From Mobula hypostoma (taxonomy: Eukaryota), in the NCBI RefSeq assembly GCF_963921235.1, contig NC_086108.1, positions 95,172,001 through 95,236,000 of the forward strand: 64,000 bases of DNA, written 5' to 3'. The position numbers and the translations under genes were made by a program. The notes beneath the pieces are model-generated. The model did no database searches, was not told the DNA's origin, and saw only the letters and a list, made by a program, of their open reading frames with translations. Shown here in pieces: positions 62,301-64,000 of the stretch (position 1 is the stretch's first letter; each line of letters begins with the position of its first letter).

Positions 62301-62578
62301 TTAATCTTGTAAACTTCTATTTTATTGGTCCATAGACTCAATCCATAGACCTGTATTCTTTGTCTCCTGGTGTTTTTCTTTGAGGAAGTTCTGACATAAC
62401 ACTGAATTTTTTATCTTTGAACCATTTGCAATAACAGAGAAACAGCTCCTTGCCTGATGAGAATAACGTGGCCAGATTGCAAGAGGAGCTTATTGGAGCA
62501 AAACTAAGGGAAGCAGAGGCAGTAATGAGTATTAAAGAACTTGGGCAGCAGGTTAAAGATTTGGACGATCATTGGCAG
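14435..62578 (+). CDS. EVI5: EVI5 (ecotropic viral integration site 5 homolog; Rab GTPase-activating TBC domain plus coiled coil), partial gene, 13 coding exons in window
   Basis: Thirteen GT-AG exons splice in frame. The peptide closely matches my recollection of vertebrate EVI5 ([72 protein letters not shown]...EDFVLQLE) better than EVI5L. The TBC catalytic motifs IRRDIAR (Arg finger) and YCQG (Gln finger) are intact. Confidence 0.95.
15623..18829 (+). mobile_element. Nearly intact Penelope-like retroelement (RT plus GIY-YIG), 5'-truncated, two single-base frameshifts
   Basis: ORFs 15613..15837, 15831..17711 and 17542..18438. Motifs: [77 protein letters not shown]. Confidence 0.95.
18733..18768 (+). 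ncRNA. Minimal type I hammerhead ribozyme motif (Penelope tail), core intact
   Basis: Stem I AGUC/GACU; CUGACGA 18737-18743; extra A; stem II GGGU-CUCG-GCCU; GAAA 18757-18760; palindromic ACGU stem III; GUC site ends at 18764. Penelope-like elements are known to carry such motifs. Confidence 0.8.
19734..20438. mobile_element. Possible solo LTR (TGTTA...TAACA) containing a short Rex-like fragment (about 20065-20180)
   Basis: LTR-like termini around about 700 bp of non-coding sequence; no convincing TSD. Confidence 0.35.
20843..23350 (+). mobile_element. Older CR1 3' fragment (20843-21175 and about 23036-23350) split by a younger antisense CR1
   Basis: [32 protein letters not shown], resuming after 23036 with FFSQRVVNL and a CR1 tail. 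Confidence 0.82.
21190..23034 (-). mobile_element. Relatively young CR1, 3' two-thirds of ORF2
   Basis: Minus ORFs 22378..22950, 21784..22368 and 20925..21809: [43 protein letters not shown]. Only a few lesions (stop at 22378-22380, small indels). Confidence 0.92.
24390..24690 (+). mobile_element. Rex1/Babar-like 3' fragment, decayed
   Basis: LANFYR..ESIL and LPAIKDIF..LKK; same family as 60500-60860. Confidence 0.6.
24695..28620 (-). mobile_element. Near-full-length decayed CR1 (ORF1 zinc finger/esterase plus ORF2)
   Basis: Minus ORFs: MWES.. (ORF1 N-terminus), [21 protein letters not shown] (esterase), YYRPPNS (endonuclease), [20 protein letters not shown]; 3' tail at 24695. Confidence 0.88.
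28812..28960. repeat. (CTCTCC)n/(CTCCCC)n hexamer microsatellite, pure polypyrimidine tract
   Basis: Read directly. Confidence 0.97.
29500..31035 (-). mobile_element. Old CR1 3' fragments (about 29500-29820, 30603-30910, 30920-31035) around the MITE
   Basis: Minus ORF 29437..29703 [20 protein letters not shown]1-type tails. Confidence 0.6.
29829..30594. mobile_element. Composite hAT-type non-autonomous DNA transposon (MITE) with a nested TIR element
   Basis: TIRs CAGGGGTCCCCAAC / GTTGGGGACCGCTG; 8-bp TSD ccttatgg (29821-29828) / ccttatga (30595-30602); inner TIRs TAGGGTTGCCAAC (from 29958) / GTTGGCAACCCTA (to 30482). Confidence 0.88.
32021..32093. repeat. Near-perfect inverted repeat (29-bp stem, 1 mismatch, 13-nt loop)
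   Basis: atcaccatatttgaatatgctg-c-cacacag / ctgtgtg-t-cagcatattcaaatatggtgat. Confidence 0.95.
32360..32645 (-). mobile_element. V-SINE-like element, degenerate
   Basis: Minus strand: tRNA-like head (GGTTCAATT) then GAAGTTTGCATGTTCTCCATGTGGGTTTCCTCCCACATTCCAAAG. Confidence 0.6.
32853..33964 (+). mobile_element. Young CR1 3' fragment, same subfamily as 21190-23034 but opposite orientation
   Basis: ORF 32927..33418 is nearly identical in peptide to minus ORF 21784..22368; same 3' UTR. Confidence 0.92.
34532..34756 (+). CDS. EVI5: EVI5 exon B (225 nt): [19 protein letters not shown]...[12 protein letters not shown]...LFNVMK; start of TBC domain
   Basis: tttcAG acceptor, GTAAAT donor; overlaps ORF 34574..34819. 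Confidence 0.95.
35065..35940 (-). mobile_element. Rex1/Babar-like 3' fragment carrying a small Penelope-tail insertion (35742-35855)
   Basis: [22 protein letters not shown]; the insertion is flanked by cactgttgatgta / cactattgatgta. Confidence 0.72.
36940..40335 (+). mobile_element. Decayed single-ORF non-LTR retrotransposon with a restriction-like endonuclease (R2 group, most like the Hero clade)
   Basis: N-terminal zinc-finger remnant [23 protein letters not shown] motifs APG..GVPY, SVQKGG, GII.GCTVS, PIRAFMD(Y)LT; C-terminal [16 protein letters not shown]...RHDQVL and [16 protein letters not shown] (PD-(D/E)xK-like). Many frameshifts. Clade assigned by motif recall. Confidence 0.82.
40424..40498 (+). 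CDS. EVI5: EVI5 exon C (75 nt): [25 protein letters not shown]
   Basis: ttgcAG acceptor, GTATTT donor; contains the YxQ Gln finger. Confidence 0.95.
40640..41028 (+). mobile_element. Old Penelope 3' tail with a degenerate hammerhead (about 40897-40932)
   Basis: cagtcttgatgaaggatctcagcctgaaatgacgac ... gatttccagcatctgcagaatc, matching other Penelope tails in the window. Confidence 0.7.
41035..44535. mobile_element. CR1 with internal inversion: ORF1 piece (+, 41035-41400), ORF2 5' half (-, about 41403-43092), Rex tail (43095-43300), ORF2 3' half (+, about 43302-44535)
   Basis: The minus segment runs from MNTGL.VLYLN to NQHGFL..KS. The plus segment starts at LLEFFEE, the next motif in ORF2. 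Confidence 0.75.
44830..44955 (+). CDS. EVI5: EVI5 exon D (126 nt): [42 protein letters not shown]
   Basis: Pyrimidine tract plus gaAG acceptor, GTAAGA donor. Confidence 0.93.
45497..45640 (+). CDS. EVI5: EVI5 exon E (144 nt): [29 protein letters not shown]...FDIFMSE
   Basis: gacAG acceptor, GTAAGT donor. Confidence 0.95.
45803..45892 (+). CDS. EVI5: EVI5 exon F (90 nt): [30 protein letters not shown]
   Basis: ttttAG acceptor, GTATGG donor. Confidence 0.95.
45998..46095 (+). CDS. EVI5: EVI5 exon G (98 nt): [32 protein letters not shown](K)
   Basis: gccAG acceptor, GTAAGT donor (phase 2). Confidence 0.95.
46450..46510 (+). CDS. EVI5: EVI5 exon H (61 nt): (K)[20 protein letters not shown]
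   Basis: gtcAG acceptor, GTAAGT donor; phase fits exon G. Confidence 0.95.
46845..47471 (-). mobile_element. Rex1/Babar-like LINE 3' fragment, well preserved
   Basis: Minus ORF 46991..47566: [52 protein letters not shown]; tail aataaagtatgactatgac. Confidence 0.88.
47518..47840 (+). mobile_element. RTE-related SINE or non-autonomous retroelement with an (ATGA)n tail
   Basis: Motif GAAGAAGGCAATGGCAAA (shared with the 4216-4477 SINE), hairpin ATCATGGTC..GACCATGAT, tail taatgaatgaatga. Confidence 0.7.
48426..48479 (+). CDS. EVI5: EVI5 exon I (54 nt): [18 protein letters not shown]
   Basis: tgtAG acceptor, GTGAGT donor. Confidence 0.95.
49156..49234. mobile_element. 79-bp hAT-type MITE
   Basis: TIRs CAAGGGTTCCCAACC / GGTTGGAAACCCTTG; 8-bp TSD ttttttac (49148-49155) / ctttttac (49235-49242). 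Confidence 0.8.
50330..50397. repeat. (CATA)n(CA)n microsatellite inside a short antisense retro-element remnant (about 50098-50560)
   Basis: Read directly; the flank starts with the Rex-type tail catttattatcaaagta. Confidence 0.92.
51761..51793 (+). CDS. EVI5: EVI5 microexon J (33 nt): [11 protein letters not shown]; probable cassette exon
   Basis: Long pyrimidine tract plus tgtAG acceptor, GTACAG donor; frame-preserving; peptide recalled from EVI5/EVI5L isoforms. Confidence 0.9.
52428..52568 (+). CDS. EVI5: EVI5 exon K (141 nt): [47 protein letters not shown]
   Basis: ctaAG acceptor, GTAAGG donor; lies within ORF 52323..52682. Confidence 0.9.
55090..55240 (+). mobile_element. Very degenerate V-SINE-like element
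   Basis: GGTTTGATCC B-box-like sequence followed by AGAGTTTGCACTTTCCTGTG. Confidence 0.4.
57817..57951 (+). CDS. EVI5: EVI5 exon L (135 nt): [45 protein letters not shown]
   Basis: ttctAG acceptor, GTATGT donor. Confidence 0.95.
58577..61017 (+). mobile_element. Rex1/Babar-like LINE (RT and 3' end), interrupted by a solo LTR
   Basis: [52 protein letters not shown]; (TCTGAT)n tail. Confidence 0.88.
59289..60139 (+). mobile_element. Solo LTR (851 bp), Gypsy-like
   Basis: TG...CA termini (TGTGAC...GTAACA); 4-bp TSD CTAG at 59285-59288 and 60140-60143; AATAAA at 60051; removing it restores the host frame CVARHSSNT. Confidence 0.9.
61226..61492 (+). mobile_element. V-SINE-like element
   Basis: tRNA-like head, V-domain GTCTGTCAGGAGTTTGTACGTT..GGGTTTCTTCCAGATGCTCC..TTCCCACATTCCAAAGA, (TAAAA)n tail. 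Confidence 0.72.
62438..62578 (+). CDS. EVI5: EVI5 exon M (141 nt): [47 protein letters not shown]
   Basis: aacAG acceptor, GTAAAA donor; overlaps ORF 62450..62746. Confidence 0.93.
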
Positions 62579-63436
62579 GTAAAAGAAACCTTATTCCAGT
62601 TGGCACTTGCTAATGTATCACTGTTTTCTTTTGGTAGCATGACGTTCAGTATTCATTGTATAAAATGTTTATCAGGACTACTGAAAGCAATATTGGCATT
62701 TTATAGAAAATTCTTAGTATTATGGATGATTTATTTTTTGCAGTAGAAATTCATTGTCTGCTGTAAGTTGTTAACTGCAATGGAATTTGCTGTCCAGACA
62801 CTGATATTAAATACAATGGCAGCTTCTTGCAGCCAGACCTTATATTTACATAATCAGCATTCTTTTTGCATTGCACTTGTTGAATCACTGCATTTCACTG
62901 CGACTTTGAGGGAATAACAATTTTGTTCTCTAAATGACAAAAGCTATAGAACACAAAATAAAACAAAAAAGGGAAAATTGGAATAAAAGGAAGGACTGTT
63001 ATAAATGCCAAGTTCATAATTCAACAGAAAACAGTTCTGAATAGCAAAGGAGGAAGGAAGAGACAGAAAAATGGAAACTGGAAGATCTAAATAAATTGGA
63101 TGGTAACACAAATAGCCAATGTCAGGGATGGGCAAGCTATTAGACAGATTCATTAGGGCAGAATTAATTGCTTGGAAAAGTAAAATGAAAATAACAATCA
63201 GTTTATTGGAGAGACCAGAGACATCAGAATTGTTCTGCTTTGAGAAACAACCTAGATGATAATGTAGGGGTATGATTGGTGTGTAGTTGACACAAAAAGT
63301 GGTGGACTTGTAGATAATGATGAAGGCTATTTAAAGATTCAGCAGGATATAGATCAGCAGGAATATTGGCCAGAGTGGTGACACTTGGAATTTACTTCAG
63401 TGCATTTTGGAGGATCAAATTCTGTAAGTTAGTACT

Positions 63437-64000
63437 TAGAAACATAGAACATAGAAACATAGAAAATCTACAGCCCAATACAGGTCCTTCAGCCCACAAA
63501 GTTGTGCTGAACATGTCCCTACCTTAGAAATTACTAGGCTTACCCATAGCATTCTATTTTTCTAAGCTCCATGTACCTATCCAAAAGTCTCTTAAAAGAC
63601 CTTATCGTATCCGCCTCTACTACCATTGCTGGCAGCCCATTCCATGAACTCACCGCTCCCTGCGTAAAAAAAACTTACCCCTGACATCTCCTCTGTACCT
63701 GCTCCCCAGCATCTTAAACCTGTGTCCTCTTGTGACAACCATTTCAGCCCTGGGAAAAAGCCTCTGGCTATCCACACGATCAATGCCTCTCATCATCTTA
63801 TACACCTCTATCAGGTCACCTCTCATGTGCCAAGGAGAAAAGGCCAAGTTCACTCAAACTGTTTTAATAAGGCATGCTCCCCAATCCAGGCAATATCCTT
63901 GTAAATCTCCTCTGCACCCTTTCTACGGCTTCCACATCCTTCCTGTAGTGAGGCGACCAGAACTGAGCACAGTACTCCAAATAGGGTCTGACCAGGGTCC
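63437..64000 (-). mobile_element. CR1 3' portion running off the window end
   Basis: [25 protein letters not shown]; tail reads (CATAGAA)n-like on the + strand. Confidence 0.9.

Noticed and set aside
1..64000. CRISPR arrays, operons, rRNA or other prokaryotic systems
   Set aside because: None seen; the window is a spliced vertebrate gene with transposon-rich introns.

Overview
This is eukaryotic (vertebrate) genomic DNA. The repeat content (esterase-type CR1, Rex1/Babar, Penelope with GIY-YIG, V-SINE-like elements) suggests a cartilaginous fish, probably a ray; that is inference. The window lies inside one + strand gene, EVI5 (Rab-GAP TBC domain plus coiled coil). I traced 13 internal GT-AG coding exons from 14435 to 62578 that splice in frame (1513 nt, 504 full codons). 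The first and last exons lie outside the window. The introns are packed with retroelements, often nested: CR1, Rex1/Babar, Penelope-like elements (one nearly intact), a decayed Hero-like RLE element, SINEs, hAT MITEs and a solo LTR. Most interesting: (1) the 3' end of the Hero-like element (40231-40311) holds every hammerhead core element in the correct pairing register, but in a strand order that is not a circular permutation of types I/II/III; (2) minimal dimer-type hammerheads in Penelope tails lie on the EVI5 sense strand on both sides of an exon; (3) a TSD-flanked fold-back Penelope derivative; (4) an unexplained near-perfect 29-bp hairpin; (5) RBFOX/QKI motif clusters around a 33-nt microexon. 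Family names come from motif recognition, not database searches.
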